Below are positions 1 through 15,995 of a stretch of 64,000 nucleotides of DNA, one piece after another. Positions within the stretch are counted from its first letter, which is position 1. Each line of letters begins with the position of its first letter. The translations under genes and the position numbers were made by a program. The notes beneath the pieces were generated by a model that saw only the letters and a list, made by a program, of their open reading frames with translations, was not told the origin of the DNA and searched no databases. This DNA comes from the human T2T-CHM13v2.0 reference genome, Homo sapiens, in assembly GCF_009914755.1 (NCBI RefSeq), contig NC_060925.1; one strand, written 5' to 3'.

Positions 1-1454
1 AAGTCTATGATTTTATTCAGGGAAGTGAAATAGAGTGAGTTGAATCAAATATTTTGAAACAAAGGCTTGGATGCTCCAGGGGAGAGATTGGACTATTAAA
101 AAATAGCAAATGGGATTTAGTTTTCAACACTGACATGCTGTCTGTGGTTGGGCCAGGCCCCGCCCACCTGAGCTGCCCATAGAGCTGTTCCCAGAGTGCA
201 GAGATGACTGACTGCCTGAATCACATTTCTAATGCTTGTCTAACTGTTTCTCGTTTGATTCTTCTCTTATTGGAGTGTTGAGAGCTACGACGAGCCAAAG
301 CTCCCTTTAGGGCAGCAAACCCCAGGAAAAACATAAAACAGTTCTCGGCCTGAATTCAGGATAAATCCTGTCCCCCTCATTATAAAATACCTATTATGTC
401 CCTTTATCTCCAAGTGAGCAGCGTTATTTCAATTTAACAGTGTGTGAGAAATGTCCCACGATATAATAAAAAGATCAAGCATGCACTATTTAATGTCAGA
501 ATGACAGATGCTTCAATTAGGCAGACAGGACTATTTCTCCCCAAAATAGATAAAGATGAAATTTTTATAAGATTGTGCTGTTTGTGTTTATGGTATGGTA
601 CTGTTACAAGCTTTCATTACAATATAAATTAAAACAAAAACTCTTATTTCAGTGGAAACCGACCATCTTGCTAATAATTTTGCAACTCAGAACCGCTGTT
701 TATCAAAGCCCTCGGTCCTCTCACCTGGGAAGAGAAGTCTTCACAGACCTGAGGCATCATCAGGTAACAAATCTCACTCCGACATTCAGAAATCCTTTTC
801 CAAGAGAGACAGAAAGGCATGTTTCAAAGTCATCGTTTGGTCGAAGCTTGTGGATATATTTTTGACATGTGAACTTTTCTTTTCTCCTTGGTCTTGATCT
901 CAAGTCACTGGACAGAGGATACTCAATGGGTGATTGCAAAGTCTGGGTGGGGGCCGGGGCACTAGTTTAGGTTCTGTCACTTGTCTGTCCCTCACCCTCA
1001 GCAGGTGCAATTGCTGCAGCTCCACTCACTACCAGGCCTGCCACTCTGGAGCCTCTTGGCCATCTGAGTCTGTAGCTCAAAGATTTCAATGTTTCTTTAG
1101 CATCCTCTAACCCACCGTGGAGGATTTTCTCAATCAATCCTATCACTACGAAAGAGACGTTGGTACCATTGACAGCCATGTATTCAGTTTCTAAAGCTTA
1201 ATTTCTAGTCACTCCTCCGCTTTCCATTTTAGGGTTTTATATTCTCCAATCGCCATGAGAACACATCTTTTTTTTATAAATGGGAAAATGCATCATCTCT
1301 GTAAAAACATTTGGAATTACATAACCAAATGTCTGGTTCCAGGAAAATGATGGGCTGAGGTAGCGTGGCGTGTCCCCTACTAAAAATGCACAGAAATAAC
1401 AGGTGAACTATAACCTTTCAACAGATACACAGTGTGGAGTATATGAATGCACGC

Positions 1455-1456
<2 letters not shown>

Positions 1457-1492
<36 letters not shown>

Positions 1493-1499
1493 GCACACA
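1457..1499. repeat. (CA)n microsatellite
   Basis: Run of CA dinucleotides ending in CGCACGCACAC. Confidence 0.95.
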
Positions 1500-2565
1500 T
1501 TTGGAATGGCCCTGGGCTAGAAATTAACAAGGAACAGGAAACGCTTGAGCTGTAGGTGCCTTAAATGGAGTAGTGAGACTGGGAGGGCCTGGAAGCTGGA
1601 TTTCTGAGTTGTGATGTTCATTAAGGGACTGGTATGAGGCCTTGGGCCCTGCTGAGGTGGGTGGTGCAGGGTGATTGAAAAATGGAAACTCCTGTTTCCC
1701 CTATGAATCTGAAGATCAAATTTATACTGCCAACATGATTCTTCTTTTAAAAAAATTACAAATGAATCTACCACAGAAATGGTATATTCCATGGGAATCT
1801 TACAAGCTCCAAGTTCCGAAAGTTTTCCTCTAGAATTTGTCTTTGTTTTCATTATAGTGCATCTTCTTCTATCATGACCAGAGGGGTATCAGCCACTTGG
1901 GACCTGTTTCTTAGCTTGGGATTTACTGGCTTCCCCCAAGAGTTCTCCCTTGATCGCCAGCATAAACTCAGCTTCTAGTGAGTGCAGAGGCTGTCTCTGA
2001 TTTCTACCCTGGGTCTCTGCCCAGCACAGGACCTGATACCTGGCTGGTCCCTGGTGTTTGGTGGCGGCTGCTGAGTGAGGATGTGGAGGAATCACCGTGG
2101 TTCCCTGTGTGTGCCCCTTAGTTTCCCTTCTGGGACGCTATCCCCTGGTTTAAACAGCAACTTAGGTCGAATGAATTAAAACAACTCGAGGGAGGAAATG
2201 TAGTGGAGAACACCTTTCATCCAGTTAAAAATTTTAAAAACGTGAATAGCTGTTTGAAGACATTTTTCCCTCCGTGCCGTGAGCCTGGCTCTTTCTCCTC
2301 TGCGAGCAGGCTGTGTCTTGACATGGAAGGCGGGGCTGATACTTTTAAACAAAGGACTTTTAATAAAGCAGATTCATCATTCCAAGGGCTTCTGTTCCAA
2401 CTGTCAGGCCTACCGTCAAGAGAGGGAGCGGTGGCGCAGAGCTTCTAAAGCGCTGGTTTCACAGGAGATACAAAGAGATAATTAGAACCACGGGTAAGAA
2501 GATCATAGAGCGAGACACCCAGACGAGGTGGGGGAGAGAGGAGCAGTGAGACATGGGTGGATTTA

Positions 2566-3054
<489 letters not shown>

Positions 3055-5719
3055 TTATTGTGCTGGGTAGCTTCTCCCTTCTCTCTGCTTGATATTAGGT
3101 GCCAGACACAGTGCAATGTTCCTCATTCAACACAAACCTGTCCCATGTATAGAAGAAGAAAGCACAGATGCCCATAGAGGCCCAGCGACTTGCGCCAGGC
3201 CTCACAGCTACCAAATGGCAGGGTGGGACTGGGAGCTGGCTCCAGCCTACTGAGAGGACAGTCACTGCTCAGGGCCTTTAAACGTACCTAAAGGTCCCCT
3301 CTCTTGCTTTTCTTCTTATTTTCTATGTCCAAGGAGTTGCTTGGCTGGGCACCAGCTCCAAATGGAGGCCAGGGCATTCCAGAGAGAGAGATAAGCGGAA
3401 GCCCATCGGCCAGGTGGAGAGTGCCCCCTCCTCGGCAGGATCCTCCAGGTGGAGAGTGCACTGCAGGAGAGAGGGTCTGTGCTCAGCTATGATCTGCCGG
3501 TAGGGTGGATGTTTCACAGCAGAACCTGCTCCAAGACCCAGCTGTGCATGATGGGGTCGGTTCTGCCCTCTGCCCTGGAACCGCCCTGTCATTCATGAAA
3601 GAATCCCAGCCTTGATGTGGGACAGTTCTGCAGCCTCCATCAAGGTGGCAAATAGAGCCCCAAACCATCTCGCTTTATTTGGGACTGAGGGGGTTCCTGG
3701 GATGCAGGACTTTTTGTGTTAAAACTGGGAAAATGGGGCTGGGCCCGCCCTTCCCCTGTTTCCCTGTTGCCAGAGCTCATGGTCCTTATGAACCGCAATG
3801 GTCAGGTGCTGACAGAGCCTAGGCCAGCTAAGCAGGTCCCAAGTTAAACACCTGCTCCTGGAATTGACCTCTCCCATACGGACTTCTGCCAACCATAGAT
3901 GTGGTTTGATGTTTTCTCCTTGAACCCCATTAGGCCCCAATTTTCACATGACGCTGGAGCATAGAGCCGAGAGGGAGGGATGCCACACACACTCAGGGAC
4001 TCGGTCAGGGACTTGGTCCTGGGTGGCAGAGGCTGCAGGACTGTGGGAGGGGTTGGTGTGGAGTCCTTGCCACATCCTCACAGCTCCCCCAGGGGTGCTC
4101 CTGAGCCTAGTGCCCGCACACCTGTGGCAGAGGGGTGGAGGGCTCTGAAGGTTACACGTGTCACACTCAGCACCATGGGCAAGCCACAGTCCTGAACCAC
4201 TCACCTCCTGAGCTGAGCCTGCAGCCTGGCAAGGAGTGGCGGTTGCAGAGCTGACTTTCAGAACCTGAAACCTTTGTTAGTGCCTCCGAACCCCAGGCAC
4301 CAGGTGGGCCTCCTGAGCCATCTGAGGCCTCACAGGACTGTCCAGAGGGTCCGAAAGTTCTCCCGGACCTGGAATCCCCATTACCATCCTACCGCCCAGA
4401 CACCGTGGAATAGCGTTTTGTTGCAGCAGTTACTGAAACTGCAATTTGCCCTGTAAAGATGGTTGTTTAGGCTTGTTTTATTTAGCTATGTTTGCCTACG
4501 AATCAGCTCTAACGGTATTCTATTTAATTTCCCTCTCCCAAATAGCATGACGCTTAATGTAAACCAATTACTACAATTTTGCTTTCTAAGAAATCAGGAA
4601 ATGTAATCAAGGAGATGCAATTTGTTTGCTTTTCATGAAATACTAGGGTGCGGTAGCAACAGAAGTGGCAGGAGTGGTCTTTGGAGGGATCAGAGCATGC
4701 ATGTGTGAGCGTGTGTGTGCGAGAGGTGAGTGAAGCCGTGTGTGTGCATGCATCTGCATGTATCTCTCCACGTGTGCCTCTCTGGGTCTGTGTGTGTGAT
4801 GTGTGCATTTATCCTGAAAGCTGCGCACAGGCCTGAGCCATGAGAAAGCCCAGTCCGCTTACACAAACCCTGAAGTATTAAGAGTTTCACAAAAGGCTGA
4901 CGGGACAGACCTTCATTCACAGACACGTAGGGCTGACCCGGGAGAGGAAAGATTTGCTTATGGCCAATTGACTGCCCATAAAGGTTGATTGGGCATAATA
5001 AGAGGCATTTTATTTTGAATCTCTTTCTCATTGTAAATGATAATCAGGCTCCTGGGGACAGAGGTGAGTGATCTAACACAGAACAGTATCCAGGGGGCAG
5101 CATGAGCACCGAGAAAAGCCTGGAGAGTGGGGGAGGAGGCTCCCTCTCTGAGGGCCACCAGGTCAGAGCTGCCCGAACACCCTCTGGTCCCAGCGTCAGG
5201 GCAGGGCGACGTCAGGCTGAGTGAGACAGGCTCTTTCCAGCAGGTAGTTCCCTCTGCGCCCACAGACTCCTGGCTCCGACTGCTGGTTCGCTGGTCTCTC
5301 TCCAGGATGGGCAGGGATAAGACCTGTGAGGGGTTTGGGGACTGTGTCCTCCAGCTCTTAGGCCCGAGGGTTGTGGCTGGCCAGCAGTTCTCACCTTCAT
5401 CCTCCAGCCTTGGATTCTGACCAGAGAGTGAATTCTCTGATTTCTTTCCCTTCCTTGGAAATCTCCTATAAACCTGCATAGCAAAGAGGTCTCCTCCTTC
5501 CAGGCTGCAAAAATGGGAGCTCAGAGACTGGCCCAGAGGAAGCGGCAAGAGGGGACGGGCCCTCAGCTGGGGGCTCTCCAGGGTCTGCACCACACCAGGT
5601 GCCTGGTGCTCTGGAAGCACAAGGTCCCCTCTGTGAAAGTCACTCTTGTCAATCCCCAGGAGGCTGGGGCAGGTCTTCAACTTTTTTCTGTTTAACTCTT
5701 TTTTTAAAAGGAAAAACGT

Positions 5720-5995
5720 TTACTTTAAAAAGTAAAATTTATGTAGCATACAATTCACCATTTTATTACACTTTTAAAATTTATTTTTAATGGACAAATA
5801 AAAATTCTTCATACAATGCACAACATGATGTTTTGATCTGTGTATATTTGTGGAATGGCAAAATCAAGCAGCTTAACACATGTGTTATGAACTGACCGTG
5901 TTCAAGCGGACAACTCAGTGGCATTTGGTGCATTCCTTGTGTCACCATCAGCTCTCTTTAGTTTCCAACCTTCTCATCACCTCAGAAGAGACCCC
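5720..5995 (-). mobile_element. Old L1M (L1MA/L1MB-like) 3'-end fragments
   Basis: AT-rich segment resembling the reverse complement of L1M 3' UTRs (ACAACATGATGTTTTGA..., CAACTCAGTGGCATTTGGTGCATTC). Confidence 0.55.
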
Positions 5996-6055
5996 GGATC
6001 TATTCACTCCTTAACTCTTTAAGGCCTGGATTCTTTCCTTTAAAAACTGATGTGA

Positions 6056-6471
<416 letters not shown>

Positions 6472-6488
6472 TCACACTCAGCCTCCAA

Positions 6489-6798
<310 letters not shown>

Positions 6799-8357
6799 CC
6801 CCAGCCTTCGATTTTCTTCTGAGTCTGGCTGGGGCTCCAAGGTAGTGACTCCTCAGGAGACACTATCCAGCCTGTAGCTTCAGGGGACTGTAGGGGACTT
6901 GTGGGGTGGGGGCAGAGCCTACAGGTGCACTCACCTGGGTCCACGTGTTCCTTCAGGGAAGGCTGTTGAGTTCTGTGCATTCAGCAGAAAATAGGGCACA
7001 GCAGTGGGTTCTTCACAGTGATTTTCATGAAGATTGAAAAATGGGACTCACCCCGCTGAGTGCCAGGAACATACGAGACAATGGATAAGGTGCAGTCACT
7101 GTGTTGGAGGATTCAGTGAGAAAGCCTACGCGTGCTTAGCACACTGTGGGGGATCTGAAACATCAGCCTCCCTTTCCCCGTGGGGGCGTGGGGCTTCCCT
7201 TACTTGGTCCTGGTTACCCCCCACGGGATGCGGGGCCTTTGCATGCTCCCAGCAACCTCCCTCGACACGATTCTCCACCTTTCTACAGAGGCAGTGATGT
7301 CCCTGTGGGGCTCACGCCCAGGGATGCCTCAGAAATTCCCAGCTGGTCACAGCTCCCTGTAACCCATAGGCCCTAGCACCTGCACACTGCCTCTCATGTT
7401 ACTCGCAGCGTGTTTCAGAATGGACGCAGAACCAGAGACAGAAAATCTCTCCTCTGAGCTGCTTGGTGTCATTCCCCCAGGATGCCAGGAAAGCCTGAGC
7501 CCAGTGCTCCAGTGACAGGCCCCCTCCCCAATCCAGGAGCGATAGCAGACACGAGGGGTGATGGGGATGCGACAGCCCGTGGCAGCGGGGCCCTGAGTCA
7601 CTGTCCTTTAGAGCAGTGTCTTGTTGGGAAAGGAGGGCTGGGATTTGCCTGAGGGGGACTGAGGAACAAGGTGCCTGTGAAAGAGGAGTGGGGACTCAAT
7701 GCCAGGCCCCACCATGCAGTCCCCATGTTACAGCGCAGGGTGAGCGTTCATTCCGGCCTTTGCTTCTCACCCTTCTTAAACAACTGCCCCAGAACCTGCA
7801 CTCTGGGGACCAGAGAGAACTGTCCACATTCCCAAGACCCCCTGGAAAGGGGAGGCAGGGCTTCTTCTGCACTTGGCTCCCAGGGAGACATGAGGACGAA
7901 GGTAGGGTGAGGACCAGAGTCCCTGCCCCAGGGCTGGGCATCAGGCTTGGGGACCAGGAGGCAGAGGAACCATCAGGAATGGTCTAGGGAAAGGGAAGCC
8001 ACCTCACAGTGCCAATACCCCCTCTTGATGCAGTTTTGCTGCTCTGGGCTGTTTCTGCTGCTCCCCCCACATCGGCAGTGGTGCAACCTGGATGTCCTGC
8101 CCTACCCCGACATTCCCACGTCTTGCCCCGGCCCACTTCTCACGGTGGTTCCGGTTCTCCCAGTGTGTTATCGCACAGCTGCTCATGGGGTCCTCAAGGG
8201 AGGTGGGAGAGCCTAACCCAGCAGCCCAGTGCATGGAACAGAAAAGGCACTAGCATCCCCATGAAGCAGGATGCTGTTCACAGAGCTCTGGGCCAGAAGC
8301 TGCTCTGGGGGACCAATGAGGCATGACCAGATGCTGGTGGTCGGCCATGGCTTCAGC

Positions 8358-9260
8358 CTCAGGCTGCTGTGACAGAGTGGTACACTGGGGACTCAAACAA
8401 CAGACATGAATGTCTCACAGTCCTGGAGGCTGGAAGTCCAAGGTTGGGGTACCGGCATGGCCGGTTCTGGTGAGGGCAGAGGGCTGTCTAATTGCTGTGT
8501 CCTCACGTGGCCGAGAGTGGAGACAGAGGGGCAGCACGTGCTCTCATGCCTGTTCTTATAAGGGCACTGATCCCATTTGTGTTAGTCAGGGATCTCCAGA
8601 GGAACAGAACCAATAGGAGAAATGCAGATAAACAGGAGAGGGGATTTATGAGGGGAATTGGCACACACGACTATGGTGGCTTACAAGTCCCATAGAAGGC
8701 CGTCTACAAGCTGGAGATGCAAGAAAGCCAGCAGTGTGATTCGGTGTGAGTCTGAAGGCCTGAGAATGAGGGGAGCTGATGGTGTGACCCCCAGCGTGAG
8801 GCCAAGGGCTGGAGGCATCATCTCAGGGGGTGTGGGGCTTGAGAACCAGGAGCTCCAATGTCTGAGAGCAGAAGATGTGTGTCCCAGCTCCAGAGGAAAG
8901 AGAGAATGAAATTGCCCTTTCTCCACCTGTTGTGCCCTCGTGATCCTGCATGGACTGGGTAACGCTCATCCACATTGGTGGAAATGGATCTTCTTAATGC
9001 AGTCTGCTGACTCAAATGCTTTTGGAAACACAGTCACAGACGCACCCTGAAATCATGCTCTACCAGCAACCTGGACAGATACCTGTTAGCCCAGTCAAGT
9101 TGACACAGAAAATTCTCCATCACGCCATTCATGCGGGCTCCACCTTCATGACCTAATCTAACACTAACCTCACAAAGGCCTCAGTGCCTCACACCGTCAC
9201 CATGGGGATTAGCGTTTCAACATATGGGTTTTGGAGGGACACAAGCGTTCAGTTCCTAGG
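8358..9260 (-). mobile_element. MaLR LTR (MLT1A/MST-like), split by an MLT2 insertion
   Basis: TCTCACAGTCCTGGAGGCTGGAAGTCCAAGG to CTTATAAGGGCACTGATCCCATT; resumes at 9125 with CCATTCATG...TTTGGAGGGACACAA. Confidence 0.75.
8578..9124 (-). mobile_element. MLT2 (ERVL) solo LTR nested in the MaLR LTR
   Basis: TGTGTTAGTCAGGGATCTCCAGAGGAACAGAACCAATAGG to AAGTTGACACAGAAAATTCTCCATCAC; 5-bp TSD CCATT at 8573-8577 and 9125-9129. Confidence 0.8.
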
Positions 9261-9564
9261 AGTCAACCAGGCACCAGGGCCAGTGGCTAACATTTCCTTT
9301 CCCATATAAAAGATGCTAGGATTCCACTTTTCCAGCCTTGGCACAATAGGAAAAAAGGAAAAACAAACAAACACCTCCTCTTTTAAGAAGAAAGCGCTAA
9401 ATTCAATGATTCTATCTCAATAAGAAGGAAAAGTTCACTTAGAAGATTTTCTCTTGTTATTGAGTCACATCTCCAGGTGGCTGCTGCCTAGACTCTCAAC
9501 CACAGTCATTTGGGAAAAAATCAGTCCTGTGCACTCAGGGCTGACACTATTGTCTTGTCACCTA

Positions 9565-10221
<657 letters not shown>

Positions 10222-10402
10222 GATGTTTCGTTTGATGCAATTGTCTCACTTGTGAGTCACAGGTTGGACTTTACAGAAGCCCTCAAGGAGAGTCAGACTC
10301 CATACTTAAAAAAACTAGATTAGGTAAAAAAGACTTGGATTCTACGAAATCACTTCGGTTGTCTGTGATTGTCGTATAGCAACTATTTTCCATGATCAAA
10401 GT

Positions 10403-10706
10403 ATTTATTTATTATTTATTTATTTAGAAAACCTCTCACTTTGTCACCCAGGCTGGGGTGCAGTCACACGATCACAGCTCCCTGCAGCCTCAACCTCCTG
10501 GGCTCAGATGATCCTCCCACCTCAGCCTCCCAAGTAGCTGGGACTACAGGCACCCACCACCACACCCAGTTAATTTTTGTAATTTTGTAGAGACATGGTT
10601 TTGCTGTGTTGCCCAGGCTGGTCTCTAACTCCTGAGCTGAAGCGATCTGCTCCCCTCAGCCTCCCAAAGAGCTGGGATAAGAGGCCTGAGCCACTGTGCC
10701 TGGCCC
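10403..10706 (-). mobile_element. AluJ
   Basis: Reverse Alu with GGCTCAGATGATCCTCCCACCTCAG; TSD AAAGTATTTAT. Confidence 0.9.
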
Positions 10707-11659
10707 AAAGTATTTATATTTAGAATATTTACATTCCATGACCCTGGGTCCTAATCTATTCCTCAGATATTAAATAGCTTCTCAGGCATTTGCTGGAACA
10801 AATCACATGCAAATCACTTTGGACTGTGGACCCTGGAAGCTGCCTCTTGAGTGTGTTGGGGCAGTAGGAAGATTCTGAAAGGGCTTTTTGTGAGCAGGCA
10901 CCAGCCCAGTGGGGAAGAGGGTTTGGGGAGAGCTTCCCGTGGGCCACATCCAGTGTGATGCCGCCAGATGAGACCCCAGGGGTTTTGACCCCCAGGGCCA
11001 TAGGTACATTTGAGGTGGCCACCTGCGTCCTGGCCTCTGGAGCCAGGGAAGAGCTCAGAGACTGTTTCCTGACTCCGACCAGGCCTAATGTCCGCTGTGG
11101 TCCCAGTGCAGGAGGCCGGGTGAGACGGCTGTGCTCACGGGCCCCTCCCTCATGGTGAGCCTGCTCTCGCGAATTCTAGCTGGGAGGCAGGAGGGGGCAG
11201 AGGGGAGTGCTGGGAGCTGTTCAGGTCCTTGCACGGAGCCCAGAGACCAGGCAGTGTCTTTGGAACCAAGACAAGTGTGGGAGTGTCTAATGAAAGCAGA
11301 GACCCCCAGCTTCACCCATTCCACAGTGGCACCCCCACAATGCTCTCTAAGGAGGTGCCTGGACCTGCCACTCTTCCTATTTCATCTTCTACGTGCTCCC
11401 TCCTGCTGCCTTCCCACCCTCCACTAAGACTGCTCCCCCAGCACTGTCACCAGGCTGCCATGTCCCCTGGTCAGTCTGCATCTCAGCTAATGATGTCACT
11501 CCTCCCTCGTGGCCTCCAAGGCCCATCATTCTTGAGGCTGCCCCTACCCAAGGGCTCTGTCTGGGGCTGGCGCCTGCCCTAAGCTCACCTGTGCTGCCCA
11601 GGCCTCCAGGCCTCTCTCTCCTCTGCCAGCCCTTTCTCCCCAGTGACCTCATTTGATCC

Positions 11660-11900
11660 TGCGATTGGCAGAATAATGGTCCCCAAAGATGTCCCCATCC
11701 TAATCCCTGGCACCTGTGAATACGTGATCTTACGTGGCCAAAGGGACTTTGCAGGTGTGATGATGTAAAGGATGCTGAGACGGGGAGAGGACTCCGGATG
11801 ATCCGGGTGGGGCTGATGTCATCACAGAGTCCTGGGAAGGCACAGAAGAGGGGCAGGCGGGTCAGAGGAGGAACTGTGACAATGGCAGCTGGCTGTGGGT
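11660..11900 (+). mobile_element. MLT1C/D LTR, 5' part
   Basis: GGCAGAATAATGGTCCCCAAAGATGTCCCCATCCTAATCCCTGG...AAAGGGACTTTGCAGGTGTGAT. Confidence 0.75.
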
Positions 11901-12010
11901 GCTCGTTTTTCCTGCAGGAGAGAAGGGTGCCCCTTGAGGCAGGTCTTCTGCAGAGTGGACCTAGGATCCGGGGCTGTTGCTCTCAGCAAAGACTCCATAA
12001 AGAGACTTCA

Positions 12011-12304
<294 letters not shown>

Positions 12305-13142
12305 GAGGCTTCAGGGGAAGCGCCATCAGGACCCAGTGGCTGGGGACAGGTGAGGGCTACTGCCTAGGGTGCCTTGGCACAGCCAGCACCCAGTGGAGGT
12401 CGCAGCATTAAAAACAGCACGGGCAACAATGCTGGAAGGCGGGATGGGCAACTGTCGTCCCATTCTGAGGTACCGGGGGTTAGGACACTTCACTTTTCTT
12501 TTTTCTGGGGGGAGACACAGTTCAGCCTATAACATGGCCTGTTTCTTGCAGGTTTGCTAGTGCAGGTGATGTCCCTTCTCATTTTCCTCCAGAGCTGGGA
12601 CCCCTGGATAAGGAAGGACACCTGGGAGGGAGGCGACAGCCAGGAGGGCAGGGATGGCCTGGGACCCCCATCCCATAAGGATGTGCCCAGTGGAAATGCC
12701 CTTCCCTTCTCCTCTCCAAGTAGCGGGGGACAGATCCTCGGGATGTGAAGTTGTCTGAGGTCCATTCTAACTGGGTTATTCCCCGTCCATCTCGTCAATA
12801 GCACCATGAACCGGTGCAGGAATTGTAAGTTTCATTGTGATGTCTTGGTGATGCAGCTCACACCAGAAGCCTGCATCTGATAGTATCACCGACACCCTCC
12901 AAAGACAGCAGCTGAGGACCCGCTGTGGCCTCTGCTTCTCTTCTCTCCTGATCAAGGCTGGGACTTTTATCCACCTGTTTCCCAGCAGGGATATTGATCC
13001 GAGGCTCTTTTTTTCTCATCCCTTCCCCCACCAATGCCCCAACATGGGAGGGGCTGTCTCTGCCTGCTGCATTTAGGGTTTGCTGTCAGCACAGCTAAGG
13101 GGAACTCTGGAAGGTCCCACAGTTTGTTTGAAAACTCTCTTG

Positions 13143-13423
<281 letters not shown>

Positions 13424-14629
13424 TGAAAACTCTCTCGGCTTTGCATTACCTATCAGGAATCTAATTGGAAGTAGCCGAGCTTTCTTTTTAGGAAGTCAGG
13501 GTCAGACAGGCTGTGCTCGGGAAGTAACTAACTAAGAAGCGGGCCGCTGGTCTGTCAGCAAGAGTGGGGCCAGAGGGAGGGCCCCTCTTCTTCAGGCTGT
13601 AGAAGATGCTCTGTGCTGCTTCCTGGCTGGAAGATCCCAGGTAGGAACCCCCGGATATTTACACCTGGAGATACGGAACACAGACCTTTCCCTCCGTGTG
13701 CTGCTGAGCACGGCTGCTCTGCGAGGTGGGCATGAGGGCCTGGATCACACGTCGGCGGAGATGAGAAAAGTGAGAGGCAAACCATCCCTCGCTCTAGTCT
13801 GCATCCTTGGCTCTGAGCTGAGGGCAATCAGATTCCAAGATCTCCCCAACCTGTGCCCCACAACCAAGAAGACATCAGAAAGGCTCAAGGTTCTGACTCT
13901 TTCTGTGCCCTCCCTCTTGTTCTCACTCTGCCTTTGCTGAAGCCGCTGGACTCACGGGTGAGTCTAAGGGACAAAGGGGCTCTCCTCCAACAGCAAACAA
14001 ACTGCCCTCCCCTGCACTGATCTCAGGAGGACCCGCACTTCTGGCGGTGCTTCCCCGGCCAGCTCCCAGCTCCGGCTGCAGACTGGCTCTGCCCCTCCAG
14101 GAGGTTCCCTGAAAATCAGCCAGGGCTGTTCATTTTGTTCACGCTCTTGTCTTCCTGTCTTTAGCCCTAGAGAATCATCTTCATCTTATTCAGCCAGTAG
14201 CTGCACCTTTTGGATCCCTCCTTTCTAACCATTTAAAGTATTTCCAAATTGTTGTATAACTCAGGGAGAGGGTTGGAGGGGTTTGCCATTGAGAACTGGG
14301 GATTAGGGAAAGAAAATACCCAAGGAAAAGGTGGGCTATTTTTTTTTCTCCACAGGGCTTTGAAACCCTTTGCTTATCATGAGAGGAAACAGTTTGCTGT
14401 TCTTATACTCATTCCATGTCTTTTCAAAGCCACCCACACTGGGACCCTCGATATCTGGCCCCAGGAGCAAGAGTATCCCCCAAGGAATGGGAAGAGAGTG
14501 GAGGGCAGTGACCAAGGGGTGGGCCCGATAATGAGAATTTAAATTTTGATTGCAGGAGCAATGCCTGCAATAATAATGATGGAGAAGGACCAGGGTGTGA
14601 GCCCTGGAGAGCCCTGCCGGGACTCAGCA

Positions 14630-14931
14630 GGCTGGGCGTGGTGGCTCACGCCTGTAATCCAGCACTTTGGGAGGCCGAGGAGGGTGTATCATGAGATCAG
14701 GAGTTCAAGAGCAGCCTGGCCAAGATGGTGAAACACCATCTCTACTTAAAATACAAAAAAATAGCATGGCATGGTGGTGGGCGCCTATAATCCCCACTAC
14801 TAGGGAGGCTGAGGCAGAGAACTGCTTGAACCTGGGAGGCGGAGGTTGCAGTGAGCCAAGATCTCGCCATTGCATTCCAGCCTGGGCAACAGAGTGAGAT
14901 TCTGTCTCAAAAAAAAAAAAAAAAAAAAAAA
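14630..14931 (+). mobile_element. AluS
   Basis: GGCTGGGCGTGGTGGCTCACGCC start and long poly(A) tail. Confidence 0.95.
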
Positions 14932-15309
14932 AGGAGATGGAACGAGTCTGGCCTCCTGGGGGAAGAGGTGCCTTTCCCCATGGCGCAGGCAGGGCTCTGA
15001 CGCTGACCTCAGAGCAGTTCTGAGGAGGGGCAGGGGTCCCCTTGTGCAGAGCGGACAGTGTACGCTGACAGCCTGGGCTTTGTGGTGGGCACGGGTTGGG
15101 TGTGCAGGGCTGGCACAGGGACCATGGCCTTGGGTCCAGCTGGGTTTGAGTTCTGGGGGCAGTGGCCACGCAGGCCAAGGGTCATGTCTACCCTCTGCAG
15201 GGTCTTGCTGGTGCCCTCTGGGTCCACACAGAAGCCTCTGGGGGGACTGGAGACGGGTAGGGGCAGGGGGCAGCTGATCTCCAGAGAGTGAGTCCAGGCT
15301 CTTATTTCT

Positions 15310-15995
<686 letters not shown>

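Noticed and set aside
3409-3460. CCAGGTGGAGAGTGC occurring twice within about 50 bp
   Set aside because: Only two short copies; most simply a small local duplication with no further structure.
4166-4186. REST/RE1-like motif CTCAGCACCATGGGCAAGCC
   Set aside because: The left half matches but the conserved GGACAG right half has two mismatches.
4958-5680. 240-aa ORF, the longest in the track; also 15938-16582 and 29208-29777
   Set aside because: No recognisable domain and composition typical of chance ORFs in GC-rich DNA.
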